The notes below the pieces were generated by a model, which searched no databases, had not been told where the DNA came from, and saw nothing but the letters and a program-made list of their open reading frames with translations. A stretch of 64,000 bases of DNA from a virus. Taxonomy: Duplodnaviria; Caudoviricetes. The first letter of the stretch is position 1. Each line of letters opens with the position of its first letter. Of the stretch, positions 14,594 to 25,291 are shown piece after piece. The DNA is taken from positions 1 to 64,000 of IMG/VR virus record IMGVR_UViG_3300037310_000131; one strand, 5' to 3'. The position numbers were made by a program, and so were the translations under genes.

Positions 14594-14681
14594 GGAGGGT
14601 GAACTGCTCAGGGAGCAGGGCGCTCTGGAAAGGCGTACGCCCGGTCAACCGGGTGGGTTTCGATTACTCCTCCCTCCGCCA
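14594..14681 (+). tRNA. tRNA-Ser(GGA)
   Basis: loop CT GGA AA, long V-arm, G73, CCA. Confidence 0.88.
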
Positions 14682-14685
14682 CTTT

Positions 14686-14771
14686 GGAAGCAACTGAGGG
14701 CAGTTCCTCAACCGGCCTCGAAACCCGGAGTGCCCGCAAGGGCAATGGCGCAACTCCATTTGCTTCCGCCA
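14686..14771 (+). tRNA. tRNA-Ser(CGA)
   Basis: GGAAGCA/TGCTTCC, loop CT CGA AA, V-arm, CCA. Confidence 0.88.
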
Positions 14772-14772
14772 T

Positions 14773-14863
14773 GGTGAGTTAAGCAGCCGAGGCGCTGCCG
14801 GGGTTTGCTAAACCCTTGGACCGGCTAGCCCCGGTTGTGTGGCAGGAACACAACTCACCGCCA
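14773..14863 (+). tRNA. tRNA-Ser(GCT)
   Basis: GGTGAGT/ACTCACC, loop TT GCT AA, V-arm, CCA. Confidence 0.88.
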
Positions 14864-14921
14864 CTTTGTTCTTGCAATCGCCGCCGGGCGGGTACAAGGA
14901 TGTCAACGAAACGCAACTAAG

Positions 14922-15557
14922 ATGAGCATCGCAAACATACTGAACAGGCCCGTGCTTGTTCTGAATGCCAACTGGCAGGCCATCAGCGCCGCGAAGTCGG
15001 TCAAGCGCGCAATCGAGGACATGACAAGCGGAAGGCCCGAAGACGGATGGCTACCGCCTTTTCGCGGCATGGATGTCGAGCTAAACGCAGACGGCACCCT
15101 GTTCTACGCCAACCCGGTTGACTGGGACGAATGGGTGCGCCTTCCTGTGCGCCCCGGCATAGACGAGTTCGTTTCCACGGCGTTCCTCAAGATTCGCGCT
15201 CCCCGCGTCATCATATCGCGCAACTACAACAAGTCGCGCGTGCGCGTGGTTGCGCTTTCCAAGGGGGCCATCAAGCGTCGCGACGGGGGCCAGTGCCAGT
15301 ACTGCCACAGGTTCTTCCCGATGGACGAGCTGAACATTGACCACGTGATTCCGCAGCACCATGGCGGCGAGGACACGTGGGAAAACATGGTTTGCTCTTG
15401 CATTACTTGCAATTCGCGGAAGGGTCACAAGTTCAACCACGAGATTGGATACAAGCTGCTCAAGGAGCCGTCCAGTCCCGCGCCGGTTGCGGAAACAGCC
15501 ATCTACATTGAAATCAAACACCCAACATGGACACCATTCCTCAACCACCTGAAATGA
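14922..15557 (+). CDS. HNH endonuclease, McrA-like
   Basis: RPVLVLNANW N-terminus; RRDGGQCQYC...NIDHVIP...GGEDTWENMVCSCITCNSRKG. Confidence 0.9.
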   Translation: MSIANILNRPVLVLNANWQAISAAKSVKRAIEDMTSGRPEDGWLPPFRGMDVELNADGTLFYANPVDWDEWVRLPVRPGIDEFVSTAFLKIRAPRVIISRNYNKSRVRVVALSKGAIKRRDGGQCQYCHRFFPMDELNIDHVIPQHHGGEDTWENMVCSCITCNSRKGHKFNHEIGYKLLKEPSSPAPVAETAIYIEIKHPTWTPFLNHLK

Positions 15558-15946
15558 GCGAGAACATCGGAGAGGAGTCCATTCGCAAAATGCACGAGTG
15601 GATGAGGCTCCAGCGCGGCGAGCGCAACACCAACTTCTACCTCACGTCCGCCATACTCTACCTGTGCGGCAGGGTTGAGGAGCTCGAGCGGAAGCTGGTA
15701 GAGCGCTCCCGCGCTTTCCAGCCGCCCGCTCCGCAGGATGTCGAGGAATATGCAAAGACCATCAACTTCACGGTTGACGGCGAGGCGTTTTGCTCATTCT
15801 ATGAAGCTCGCGGGTGGATGATGGGCAAGGCCAAGATGAAGTCTTGGAAGGCCGCAGTCCGCACGTGGAAGCAGCGCCGCATGCCAGAGCAGAAGAAGGC
15901 CGGCCGCCTGCCAGACAATCTCTCCAACCTACATGACATCCCATAA
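15554..15946 (+). CDS. phage replication/helicase-loader-type protein
   Basis: FCSFYEARGWMMGKAKMKSWKAAVRTW motif; overlaps the start of dnaB. Confidence 0.7.
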   Translation: MSENIGEESIRKMHEWMRLQRGERNTNFYLTSAILYLCGRVEELERKLVERSRAFQPPAPQDVEEYAKTINFTVDGEAFCSFYEARGWMMGKAKMKSWKAAVRTWKQRRMPEQKKAGRLPDNLSNLHDIP

Positions 15947-17306
15947 CAACGACCGCTCGCCGCCCCACAACGCAGAGGCAGAGGAGCACGTGATTGCGTG
16001 TTGCCTTCTGGACAGCGGGGAAACCATGACTCGCGCCATCTGCCATGGCGTTCGCGAGGAAACCTTCTACTTGCCGCAGAACCGCGTCATCTGGCGCGCG
16101 ATGCTGGGCCTTTTCACGCAGAAGAACACGGTCACGCTTGAGATGCTTATCGCAGAGCTCACCGTGCGCCGCCAGATAGATGAGGTTGGCGGCTTTCCAT
16201 ACCTCATGCAGGTAACCGGCAGGGTGCCAACCACGGTGCATGCTGGATACTTCATCGAGAAGGTGATTCAGATGCGCGCCCTCCGCGAGGCAATTCGCAT
16301 CGGTACCTCCATTGTGGAGTCGTCGTACGGCTATGCCGGCGAGAGCATGGCGGAGCACCTAGCGCCATGGCTGGATGAGCTGTCCAAGGTGCAGAACGGC
16401 CTTACGGTGCGCGACGAGAAGACGCTGCAGGACGCCGCCGCCGACACCATCGAGATTGTCCGCAAGATGGCGTCTGGCGAGAACGTCGAGCCGGGCTTGG
16501 TGTCGTGGGGCTTCGCAGACCTAGACCGCATCTTCTACCCAATGACACCGGGGGAGCTGGTCATCGTGGCCGCTCGGCCGAGCGTCGGCAAGACCACCTT
16601 CGCCGACCAGATTGCCATTGCCAACGCGTTTCGCGACAGTCGCCACGTCGGAATCTTCAGCCTTGAGGTCACGGTTGAGCAGAAGCCGAGGAAGTTTGCC
16701 CAGATTATGTCGGGGCACTCGTGGCGTCGCCTGCCCAAGTTGCACGAGAAGGACCGCATTGAGTTCATTCAGGCTCTGGATGATCTCAAGAAGAACAAGT
16801 ACCTTCACTGCTTCTACCGCGAGCAGTCGATCGATGGCATTTGCGCGCGCATCCGGGCCCTCAACCAGCAGGGCAAGTTGCAGCTGGCCATCGTGGACTA
16901 TCTGCAGCTTCTGGAGGTCGGCGGAAAGGCAACGTCGCGCAATGACTCCATTGGTGACGCAACGCGCAAGCTGAAGCTGTTGGCGCTGGAGCTAAACATA
17001 CCCATAATCCTCCTCTCTCAGCTCAGCCGAGCAAACGAGCGAGAGGGCCGTGAGCCGCGTCTGTCTGACTTGCGCGACTCAGGAAACATCGAGCAGGACG
17101 CTGACCGCGTGCTGTTGTTGCACCGACCGCAAATCAATCCAATCACGAACATGCCTCAGGACACGCACGACGAGTCTGTCGATACTTTTTATACTGACAT
17201 CATCCAAGCGAAGGGTAGGGATGTCGGCACGTTCAGGATTGGGGTCTACCTCAAGCGCAGCCGCACAACCTTCGTCCCAATCACAAGAAATGAAGTTCAG
17301 GTTTAA
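15933..17306 (+). CDS. dnaB: DnaB-like replicative helicase
   Basis: PPHNAEAEEHVI, AARPSVGKTT, FSLEV, IVDYLQL, LSQLSR, PRLSDLRDSGNIEQDAD. Confidence 0.96.
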   Translation: MTSHNNDRSPPHNAEAEEHVIACCLLDSGETMTRAICHGVREETFYLPQNRVIWRAMLGLFTQKNTVTLEMLIAELTVRRQIDEVGGFPYLMQVTGRVPTTVHAGYFIEKVIQMRALREAIRIGTSIVESSYGYAGESMAEHLAPWLDELSKVQNGLTVRDEKTLQDAAADTIEIVRKMASGENVEPGLVSWGFADLDRIFYPMTPGELVIVAARPSVGKTTFADQIAIANAFRDSRHVGIFSLEVTVEQKPRKFAQIMSGHSWRRLPKLHEKDRIEFIQALDDLKKNKYLHCFYREQSIDGICARIRALNQQGKLQLAIVDYLQLLEVGGKATSRNDSIGDATRKLKLLALELNIPIILLSQLSRANEREGREPRLSDLRDSGNIEQDADRVLLLHRPQINPITNMPQDTHDESVDTFYTDIIQAKGRDVGTFRIGVYLKRSRTTFVPITRNEVQV

Positions 17307-17868
17307 CCGCTCCCACCACAGCCAGCCAGACCGCTGGTCCTACACGGTTCCAGATGGCCCGGTGTTCTCTGCCGACAGGCCGGGCGCACCGGGGTTGGAC
17401 GAGTTGATCGAGAAGCTGTCAAAGTTCAGGCGGGCCAACGGGCTTCCTCCCGGTGACCCCGAGCACGACATCGCCATAACCTACGCTGTGCGCTATCCAT
17501 GGCTTGTGCGCTCCGAGGATTCGGTTGGCAGTCCCGAGTCGATAGCCGAAGAGGCTGAGATGTGGCTCAATCGTATGTGGAGGTCGGCCCCGCTTCAGCT
17601 GGTCGAGGCCCGCGCGCGCGACGAGCGGTTTGATCGGTGCCTGAGGTGCCCATACTTCGAGCCTACGGACTGGGCCTCTGATGCCCCGGATGCCGCCCGC
17701 AAGCTTTTCATTCTGAACCCGGCCAAGCCGCGCGACGATCACGGTTGGTGCGTTGCGTATGGTGTTGTGCCGTCAGTGTTTGTTCAGTTGTTGACACCAA
17801 GTCAGCACGCCGACACAACGGACCCGGCGAAGGGGTGCTGGATAACCGATCCACCAAAACAGGAGTAA
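17290..17868 (+). CDS. hypothetical protein with Cys motifs
   Basis: MKFRFN start overlaps the dnaB end; CLRCPY...GWC. Confidence 0.6.
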   Translation: MKFRFNRSHHSQPDRWSYTVPDGPVFSADRPGAPGLDELIEKLSKFRRANGLPPGDPEHDIAITYAVRYPWLVRSEDSVGSPESIAEEAEMWLNRMWRSAPLQLVEARARDERFDRCLRCPYFEPTDWASDAPDAARKLFILNPAKPRDDHGWCVAYGVVPSVFVQLLTPSQHADTTDPAKGCWITDPPKQE

Positions 17869-17872
17869 TGCC

Positions 17873-18067
17873 ATGCCAAGAAACGGAGCCAAAGCGTTCG
17901 GAGGAATGTACAACCATGACGTAATCAAGGAATTGCGTGCGTCTAATGCGCAACTGCGGCTCATTCTCGCCGCCCTTGTGGAGCACACCGGAACATCGCA
18001 GGAGCAGCTCAACGACATCGCGTCCAAGTACCTGATGCAAAAGGCAAGCGAGGCCAAGCGAAATTGA
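17873..18067 (+). CDS. hypothetical protein
   Basis: 64 aa, co-oriented. Confidence 0.5.
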   Translation: MPRNGAKAFGGMYNHDVIKELRASNAQLRLILAALVEHTGTSQEQLNDIASKYLMQKASEAKRN

Positions 18068-18126
18068 TGAGAGCTGGTCTCATTATGCCTTGACTGTCCC
18101 CGCATTTCTGTGTTTTCTGCGCATAA

Positions 18127-20358
18127 ATGGCGCGAAAACAGCAAAAACTGTCACAATCTGCAGACCTGCCCGACCTGACCGATGGAGAGGCCGATGCCTA
18201 CGCGGAAAGCATGGGCAACGCACCAGAGGTTTCTCCACAGGGTCTTGAGGTACAAAACCGCACCATCACGTCGGTAGACCAAGCCGTCGGCGTCATCGAG
18301 GGCTTGGAGTTCGGTGCGCAAAAGCTGGTCAAGAACGCCGGCCGAATTACGTCGCTGAAGCAGGGCAGGAAGCCGTACGACTCCAAGAAACTTGAGAAGC
18401 AGGGCAAGGGCTACAAGCTCAACATCAGCCCCGGTACGTTCTCGACCACGCTGCGGCGCGTGGCCCCGCGTCTCTACATGCCCCTTCTGCAAGCGTCCAC
18501 GCTGACGGCCGCGGAGCTCCCTGCCGGTACGATCAACGCCGAAGAGAAACAGAACCACTACCGTGAGGTCGTCACTCGCGCGATACGCTCATGGCCGCGC
18601 TGGCAGACGTTTGTGCGCCTCTTGGCCCAAGAGGTCGTGGATTACGGGTTTGCCTTTGCCGCGTTCACCGACCCGTTCGAGTGGCAGCCGCACCTGTGCC
18701 GCATGGACCGTGGCTTCGTCCCGGCGGGCACCGAAATCATGGACCTCTCCCCGTCTTTCTTCGCGATGAAGTGGGACTACCAGCCCGACCAGCTCATTGG
18801 CATCGTGAAGGACGCCGAGGATGCTGGGGTGGCGGGATGGGACAAGGAGGCTGTTGCAAAGGCGGTTCAGGCATCTGCGCCGAGCACCGCGCCCCAGCGG
18901 GACCCCGTTGGCTGGCGCAAGTGGGAGGAGCTGGTTCGTGAGCAGGTCTGGAGCTACGGAACGTCCAAGAACTATCGCGTCATCGAGACGACTCACCTGT
19001 TTGCACTGGAGGCTAGCGGCAAGGTGTCGCACTACATTCTCAACGTGCGTGAGGACCACGCGGCCAATCTGCTGTACGAGAAGCACGACGCCTTTGAGAA
19101 GATGTCGGACGCCGTGATTCCAGTCACGTTCAACTCGACCGACGGAACCATCCATGGGTCATGGGGTGCTGGCCACCTGCTGTATGACTTGGGCGGCCTT
19201 TCCGAGAAAATCTTCTGTGACATGGTAGACAACCTGCGCAACGCCAACAAGCAGCGCCTGCAGGTAAACGACCCGAAGGACATCAATGATGTCAAGCAGG
19301 TTGTCAACGATACCGAGGTCATCGTGTCTGGGGCCCAGTTCGCCAACAACATGGGCGGCGTTCAGCAAAACGTGGAGGCGTATATCAAGCTTCGCGACAT
19401 CGTGCAGCAGACCATGGACTCCAAGGTTGGTGCCTACGTTCCGCCGATCCCGACGCAGTCCAGCGATGTCAAGGCCGCGCAGGTCAATGCGGCGATGCAG
19501 CAGGAGAAGGAGGTCAGCGACGACTCCATCGAGTTCTTCCTGAGCCAGATTGCATTTATCACCCATGCCATGAGTAGGCGTCTCACCGACCCGTCGTCCC
19601 CGAATGACGAGGCCAAGGAGGTGCTGAAGCGCCTGCGCGAGAAGCTGACGGACGACGAAATCAATACGCTGCGGCAGCAGCCCGTCATCCGCTCGGTCGC
19701 GGAGTTCACCCCGATGGCGGCGCAGGCCCGCGCCCAGTTCGCCGCCCAGTTCTTGGGTAATCAGCTCTACAAGCAGACGGAGCTGGCCCGCCTCACGGCA
19801 GAGGGCGTCCCGTTCGGTGGCACCCGCCTCGCCTCGCTTGTTGTCATCCCGGATGGCGACCAGACGCAGCAGACCGTCGCCACCCGCGACCAGATCACCG
19901 AGAACACCACCATGATGTTCGGGGTCGAGGTTCCTGTCGCGATCACCGACAACCACTGGGTCCACATGCAGGCGCTCAAGCAGCCGCTCATCGAAGGCGT
20001 CAACGCCAAGCAGTTCGGCCCCGCGCAGGTTGCGCTCAAGCACTACGCGCAGCACTGGGCAACCGGCGTGGCTCAAAAGGTTCTTCCGCCAGACCAGATC
20101 AACACCGAGAAGTCCTTCATCGCCGACGTTGAGAAGGCCATCAAGAAGGGTTTGGAGCAACAGCAGCAGGAACAGATGCTTCAGCAGCAGATGGCCCAGC
20201 AGCAGCAAATGCCCCAGATGCAAGGTGGCGGGATGTCGCAAGGACAAATTCCGGGTCTACCGGGCGAGCAGGGAATGCCAGTTCAGCAGGGCGTTCCAGA
20301 GTTCGGCCCGAATGAGGTGTCGCCAGCTGCATCCATGGGCGTACCACAGGTGCAGTAA
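18127..20358 (+). CDS. putative portal protein
   Basis: 743 aa, first gene of the structural module, Q/M/P/G-rich tail typical of podovirus portals; assigned by size and position. Confidence 0.65.
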   Translation: MARKQQKLSQSADLPDLTDGEADAYAESMGNAPEVSPQGLEVQNRTITSVDQAVGVIEGLEFGAQKLVKNAGRITSLKQGRKPYDSKKLEKQGKGYKLNISPGTFSTTLRRVAPRLYMPLLQASTLTAAELPAGTINAEEKQNHYREVVTRAIRSWPRWQTFVRLLAQEVVDYGFAFAAFTDPFEWQPHLCRMDRGFVPAGTEIMDLSPSFFAMKWDYQPDQLIGIVKDAEDAGVAGWDKEAVAKAVQASAPSTAPQRDPVGWRKWEELVREQVWSYGTSKNYRVIETTHLFALEASGKVSHYILNVREDHAANLLYEKHDAFEKMSDAVIPVTFNSTDGTIHGSWGAGHLLYDLGGLSEKIFCDMVDNLRNANKQRLQVNDPKDINDVKQVVNDTEVIVSGAQFANNMGGVQQNVEAYIKLRDIVQQTMDSKVGAYVPPIPTQSSDVKAAQVNAAMQQEKEVSDDSIEFFLSQIAFITHAMSRRLTDPSSPNDEAKEVLKRLREKLTDDEINTLRQQPVIRSVAEFTPMAAQARAQFAAQFLGNQLYKQTELARLTAEGVPFGGTRLASLVVIPDGDQTQQTVATRDQITENTTMMFGVEVPVAITDNHWVHMQALKQPLIEGVNAKQFGPAQVALKHYAQHWATGVAQKVLPPDQINTEKSFIADVEKAIKKGLEQQQQEQMLQQQMAQQQQMPQMQGGGMSQGQIPGLPGEQGMPVQQGVPEFGPNEVSPAASMGVPQVQ

Positions 20359-20372
20359 CATACTCCAACCCG

Positions 20373-21986
20373 ATGTCGCAAGGACCGCTAATTGGAGACA
20401 ACACAAATCTGCTGCTTAACAAAATCAGCATGGCTGGCTACCGACCTAAACTAAGCGATCCGCAGAATCTTCTCATCAAGAAGCTCGTCAACGCGATCAA
20501 TCAGCTACAGACTGGAGGTGGCTCGACGGGTCCGACCGGATACACTGGATACACGGGCCCAGCAGGTGGCGGCGGTGCGACTGGGCCCACGGGTTATACG
20601 GGACCGGCTGGTGCGGATGGCGCGACTGGTCCAACTGGTTACACTGGCTACACCGGCACGGCAGGCGCTCCGGGATCAACCGGCTACACAGGCTACACCG
20701 GACCCGCTGGTATTGATGGTGCCACTGGCTACACAGGCTACACCGGACCCGCTGGAGTAGACGGGGCGACGGGCCCCACGGGATACACGGGTTACACAGG
20801 TCCCGGCAACTTTACCGGATACACGGGCCCTACGGGTTACACGGGATATACCGGGCCCAATGGGTCAAACGGAAGCACCGGCCCAACTGGTTACACCGGC
20901 CCGGCTGGTCCTGATGGTCTTGACGGCCCTACTGGCTACACGGGATACACCGGTCCACGCGGAGAGACTGGGCCAACCGGACCAACAGGCTATACTGGTC
21001 CCGGAAACTTCACTGGATACACGGGGCCCACTGGATACACGGGCCCGGATGGAGCGACTGGCCCCACCGGGTACACTGGCCCCCAAGGCCCAACCGGATT
21101 CACCGGCTACACTGGCCCGGGCAACTTCACCGGCTACACTGGCTATACTGGTTACACCGGTCCTCAGGGGGCAACCGGGTTCACTGGCTACACCGGCCCA
21201 ATTGGTCCCACTGGCGCAACTGGCTACACGGGCCCGGGCAACTTCACAGGATACACTGGACCAACTGGCCCGACCGGATACACCGGACCGGGGAATTTTA
21301 CGGGGTATACAGGCTACACTGGGCCCGCCGGTCCAACCGGCTACACTGGCGACACGGGTCCGCAGGGCCCGACAGGACCGACTGGGTACACCGGTTATAC
21401 TGGTCCCGGCAATTTTACCGGATACACTGGCTACACGGGGTACACCGGTTATACTGGTCCCGGCAACTTCACTGGGTACACCGGGCCAACGGGACCAACC
21501 GGGTACACCGGCCCAGCGGGCCCGACTGGCCCAACCGGCTACACCGGTTACACGGGACCATCAGCGCTCTACGCCGCAGCCACGGCTGGAACGACGACCT
21601 CAACAAGCTTGGTTGACCTCAATGGTCTTTCGCTTGCCCTTACTGCTGGCACTTGGATTTTTGAGGCACTCATAAGCGGAAGCGCGGGCACTGGAACGGC
21701 TGGTGCAAAGTTTGGTGTACAGTACTCAGGCTCAACTACGTCTATTGATGCGCTTCATGTCGGCCAGCTCAACACCACGGGGTGGGCGGCAACGGCAAGG
21801 ATAACGGCCTTCAATACCGCCAGCACGACTGTTATGACAACCAGTGCGGCCCAGTGCCATGTAAAGATATTCGGCAAGGTTGTTGTTGCTGGTTCCGGCA
21901 ACCTTACCATCAGGGGCCTAAAGGTCACATCCGGCACCCTGACCTACAACGGCTCGTCTATGATGTGGGCATTCAAGGTGGCCTAA
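20373..21986 (+). CDS. collagen-like (G-x-T) fibre protein 1
   Basis: ~350 aa of GPT/GYT triplets followed by a beta-rich head domain. Confidence 0.85.
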   Translation: MSQGPLIGDNTNLLLNKISMAGYRPKLSDPQNLLIKKLVNAINQLQTGGGSTGPTGYTGYTGPAGGGGATGPTGYTGPAGADGATGPTGYTGYTGTAGAPGSTGYTGYTGPAGIDGATGYTGYTGPAGVDGATGPTGYTGYTGPGNFTGYTGPTGYTGYTGPNGSNGSTGPTGYTGPAGPDGLDGPTGYTGYTGPRGETGPTGPTGYTGPGNFTGYTGPTGYTGPDGATGPTGYTGPQGPTGFTGYTGPGNFTGYTGYTGYTGPQGATGFTGYTGPIGPTGATGYTGPGNFTGYTGPTGPTGYTGPGNFTGYTGYTGPAGPTGYTGDTGPQGPTGPTGYTGYTGPGNFTGYTGYTGYTGYTGPGNFTGYTGPTGPTGYTGPAGPTGPTGYTGYTGPSALYAAATAGTTTSTSLVDLNGLSLALTAGTWIFEALISGSAGTGTAGAKFGVQYSGSTTSIDALHVGQLNTTGWAATARITAFNTASTTVMTTSAAQCHVKIFGKVVVAGSGNLTIRGLKVTSGTLTYNGSSMMWAFKVA

Positions 21987-22028
21987 ATGGTGTTGACATC
22001 ACGACCGGCAAGCGTACAGTATCCCGCC

Positions 22029-22301
22029 ATGGAACAGCCCATATTCACCGTAGTGTGCCGTGACGGCGTGGCCGCCCGCGTGCAAATGGTTGAGTACCAC
22101 GGCCCCGGTGGCGGGCGCGTCCTTTTTGGCTTTCGCAACACGGCGCTCAAGCGGTTCGACAGAAACGGAATGGCCAACGAGGGCGGCGACATCTGGCGGA
22201 TGAATGGCCGCTGGCGCTATGATGGCACTGAACACCCATTTGACATCGTGAGAAACGTGCCGCCTTCCACAATTAACATCGCATCATATGCCGAGAACTA
22301 A
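22029..22301 (+). CDS. hypothetical protein
   Basis: within ORF 21987..22301; start uncertain. Confidence 0.5.
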   Translation: MEQPIFTVVCRDGVAARVQMVEYHGPGGGRVLFGFRNTALKRFDRNGMANEGGDIWRMNGRWRYDGTEHPFDIVRNVPPSTINIASYAEN

Positions 22302-22545
22302 AGACGAGATTCTGTCCAAGGCCCACATGCAGGAGTGGGGGAGGTTTCTGGCCTCCGAGGCCGGTACGCGTGGCATGCTTTACATGCGCATGGCCTGCCC
22401 GCGGCTCGATCCCGCGACGGATGACGCCCTGATTCGGAACTCTGTTGGCTTTGAGTTCTGGCAAAAGGCGCTTGACAGGATTGAGCAGATTTCCGAAATT
22501 CCCCCGCGACCGATTCGAGACGAAATCGAGCCACTGGAAACATAA
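22288..22545 (+). CDS. hypothetical protein
   Basis: 85 aa, coupled to neighbours. Confidence 0.6.
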   Translation: MPRTKDEILSKAHMQEWGRFLASEAGTRGMLYMRMACPRLDPATDDALIRNSVGFEFWQKALDRIEQISEIPPRPIRDEIEPLET

Positions 22546-22547
22546 TC

Positions 22548-24110
22548 ATGAGCACACCAAACGACAAACTCGCGGAGCCAAACGTGGTTCCGGCAGAACT
22601 GCCACAGCGCGGCGCAGCTCAGGCTGCGGACAATGTAGACACGCAAACCAGCGCCCTTGGCGATATTCTTGGCGGCATGCAGAAGCTGCGTCCCGTTGAG
22701 CCAGAGGAGTCCGCCGCCCAGCGCGCGAGCGAGGCAACGCAGGAGCCCGAGAAGAAGGAGTTCCCTCCCGTTGGAACGAGTGACATCAAGGAGCAGAAGC
22801 AGGTCGAGTCCAAGATGGATGAGCAGGCCGAGCCGGGCTCCGCGCTTGAGGGCTTCCAGTCCGATCTTAGGAAGGCAAGGCGTGCCAAGGAGCGGGCCGC
22901 TCGCAAGCCGGCGGACCAGCAACAGGAGCCGCAGCCAGAAGAACAGAAGCCCGCCGAAGAGGGCAAGGCGGAGACGCCAAAGGTAGAGACGCCAAAGGTA
23001 GAGACGCCACCGGCGGATGACGCTCCGGTTAGCGAGGAAGAGATTCAGAAGACAATCAACGACCCCGCCATCTCCAAGCGCCACCAGAAACGCATGATCT
23101 ACCTCGCCAACAAGGCGAAGGAGCTGGAGAAGAAGCTTGCGGACGCCGAGGCCAAGAAGTCCTCCCCGGAGAACGACGAAAAGGTCAAGGAGCTGGCAGC
23201 CAAGGTGGAGGCCAACGAGAAGGAGCTCATCAAGTACCAGCGCCGCTACTCGCTTGAGTCCGACCCCGAGCTCAAGAAGTTCGATGACATAGCCAAGCAG
23301 GCCGATGAGGCCATCTATGGCCGACTGTCTGGATTGCTTTCCGAAAAGACCGTTGACCTAATCAAGAAGATGGGTGGCCTTGAGGGCTTCTCGCGCTCAA
23401 ATCAGGTGTTCACTGTCGATGTCGCTGAGGACGGCGAGACGGTGCAGCGTCAGGTCACGGCAGCCGACCTGACTCGCCAGTGGCTGAATACCATGAACGT
23501 GGCAGACTCCGAGTTCATTCGCGCCAAGCTTGGTGAGCGCATCAACGCCGCCGACGCCAAGCAGCGCAAGGCTCAGGAGCTTGTGGAAGACTCCGAGAAG
23601 TGGTTCGCAGAAAGGCAGCGGGAGGCGGCCAAGCAGCAGGAGGCGCAACAAAACGCCGCCAAGGAGTACTACGGAACGTACGAAAAGCGCACCGCAGAGT
23701 TCATCGAGAAGGAGGCGCTGCTCAAGGACAGGGTTGTCCCGCCCAACGCCACGCCCGAGGAGCGCAAGGAAATCGAGGACTACAACGCCCACAACGCCGG
23801 AGTTCGCGCCCTCGTCAAGATGGCTGCTGCGCCCAAGTCGGTTGATGACCATGTCGCCGTCGTGCAGGAGGCTGCCCGCTCGCTGGTCAACGCCCGCGAG
23901 GTCAAGCGCCTGTCCAAGGAAGTAGAGCGCCTCACCGAGGAGCTGAACAAGGTCCGCAAGGGCGTGTCCACTACGGGCAAGCCCGGCAGCGCGTCCATCT
24001 CCCGCACCCCGCCCAAGGCCCCCGACACGTCTGCCGCTTCGCAGCTCAAAACCCCAGTCGCAGATAGCCTGCGCGAGGCGATGGAAAACCTGCGCAACCG
24101 AAGCGAATAA
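22548..24110 (+). CDS. putative capsid scaffolding protein
   Basis: 520 aa, E/K/A-rich coiled coil upstream of the capsid gene. Confidence 0.6.
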   Translation: MSTPNDKLAEPNVVPAELPQRGAAQAADNVDTQTSALGDILGGMQKLRPVEPEESAAQRASEATQEPEKKEFPPVGTSDIKEQKQVESKMDEQAEPGSALEGFQSDLRKARRAKERAARKPADQQQEPQPEEQKPAEEGKAETPKVETPKVETPPADDAPVSEEEIQKTINDPAISKRHQKRMIYLANKAKELEKKLADAEAKKSSPENDEKVKELAAKVEANEKELIKYQRRYSLESDPELKKFDDIAKQADEAIYGRLSGLLSEKTVDLIKKMGGLEGFSRSNQVFTVDVAEDGETVQRQVTAADLTRQWLNTMNVADSEFIRAKLGERINAADAKQRKAQELVEDSEKWFAERQREAAKQQEAQQNAAKEYYGTYEKRTAEFIEKEALLKDRVVPPNATPEERKEIEDYNAHNAGVRALVKMAAAPKSVDDHVAVVQEAARSLVNAREVKRLSKEVERLTEELNKVRKGVSTTGKPGSASISRTPPKAPDTSAASQLKTPVADSLREAMENLRNRSE

Positions 24111-24112
24111 CC

Positions 24113-24694
24113 ATGGGAGACATCAACTACAAGTCATACGGGCATGCCGTGGGCCTCAGGCTTTTGGGCATCGCCTATCCAGACCCCGGGGTCAACCCGA
24201 AGGACTACGCTGACATCCAGAAGTTCTCCCTCTGTACGGACGTGCGCTCGGAAGAGTGTGAGGTCATGTGCGGAAAGGAGAACTGCTGTGACGCCGTTCG
24301 CGGCGCGGCCTACGAGTGGGTTGGCTGCCGCTTCATCACCCGCCCCCCGTCCAAGGGGGCGTTTACCATCAAGGGCTCCATCGACGGCTGGAGGATCGAG
24401 TCGTGCATTTTCGATGGCCACGGCGACGAGTTCGACATCGAGGTCGGGCAGTTCGACAACTACTGGTATTTGGGCCGCAAGCCAACCCGCCGGGGTGTTG
24501 TGATGAATTGTCTTGCAACCGACGACCGGCCAATCAAGATCGTTGTGTGGGACGGCGAACCCCCTGTGGTTTCTGGCAGCAACGTCAAGGTGACGAAGGT
24601 GCCCAAGACCATTTGGCTCCCCTACTTCTGTTTCCGCTACATCCAAATCCGAATCCATAACCTGTTCAGCAAAAACAAGATAATCACAAAATGA
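24113..24694 (+). CDS. hypothetical protein, possibly a short beta-helix
   Basis: 193 aa, repeating xCxF / xCxA strands. Confidence 0.55.
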   Translation: MGDINYKSYGHAVGLRLLGIAYPDPGVNPKDYADIQKFSLCTDVRSEECEVMCGKENCCDAVRGAAYEWVGCRFITRPPSKGAFTIKGSIDGWRIESCIFDGHGDEFDIEVGQFDNYWYLGRKPTRRGVVMNCLATDDRPIKIVVWDGEPPVVSGSNVKVTKVPKTIWLPYFCFRYIQIRIHNLFSKNKIITK

Positions 24695-24993
24695 GCACAC
24701 CCGAAAACAAAGAATGCGCGCAGGCATGCGCGCAGGCATGCGCCAAGTCACTCGTAGAGAGCGCAACCTTCCAGAGCCTCCACAAGCTGGTTGCTAAGAT
24801 GGTGGGCATCGAGCAGGACCCAGACCTGCAGTCCGTGTTCAGTATCGCCCGGGCACACGGCTACAAGGTTACCAGCCGCTTCTGGCACGACGAGCTCAAG
24901 GAGGCTGTTGAGTATGTCAATGCCACGCTTCAACGCGCCGCGGACGAGAAAAAGGCCTCCGCTGAGTCCAACGTGGTACCGTTCGAGAAGTAA
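24691..24993 (+). CDS. hypothetical protein
   Basis: 100 aa, ATGA overlap. Confidence 0.6.
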   Translation: MSTPENKECAQACAQACAKSLVESATFQSLHKLVAKMVGIEQDPDLQSVFSIARAHGYKVTSRFWHDELKEAVEYVNATLQRAADEKKASAESNVVPFEK

Positions 24994-25025
24994 CGCAACT
25001 TTGGGTTGGTTGGTTTGGTTGTTGG

Positions 25026-25066
25026 CCCCCTGTCGCCACAATGCGGCAGGGGGTTTGCGTTTTTTT
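25026..25066 (+). terminator. intrinsic terminator
   Basis: CCCCCTGTCG/CGGCAGGGGG stem followed by a T-rich tail. Confidence 0.7.
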
Positions 25067-25077
25067 CAACATAGTAG

Positions 25078-25106
25078 TTGACAGACCAATAGGCCATATT
25101 TATACC
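25078..25106 (+). promoter_or_regulatory. sigma70-like promoter for the capsid gene
   Basis: TTGACA-17 nt-TATACC. Confidence 0.6.
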
Positions 25107-25291
25107 TCGACACGCTGGTGTAATACTAAATCAAAAGGCCGCAAGTGCGGTGCTTTCCGCCACCACTAGCAGCGGGGAGAGGGCGCTTTACAGCTATCGC
25201 CACGGCAAACGCATGAGGTGCTGAATCATCGGCCCGCAAGCACCCTGTGCGCAACCCGTAAGATAAGCGAGCCGGTAAAGACACATTTCAA

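Noticed and set aside
10234-14777. Protein ORFs listed across the tRNA array (e.g. 10647..11102, 12775..13167, 13642..14106)
   Set aside because: They overlap well-formed tRNA or ncRNA genes and have no protein motifs
25190-25260. c-di-GMP-I riboswitch in the capsid leader
   Set aside because: Only GGCAAAC and GCAAG resemble it; the GNRA tetraloop/receptor helices are missing
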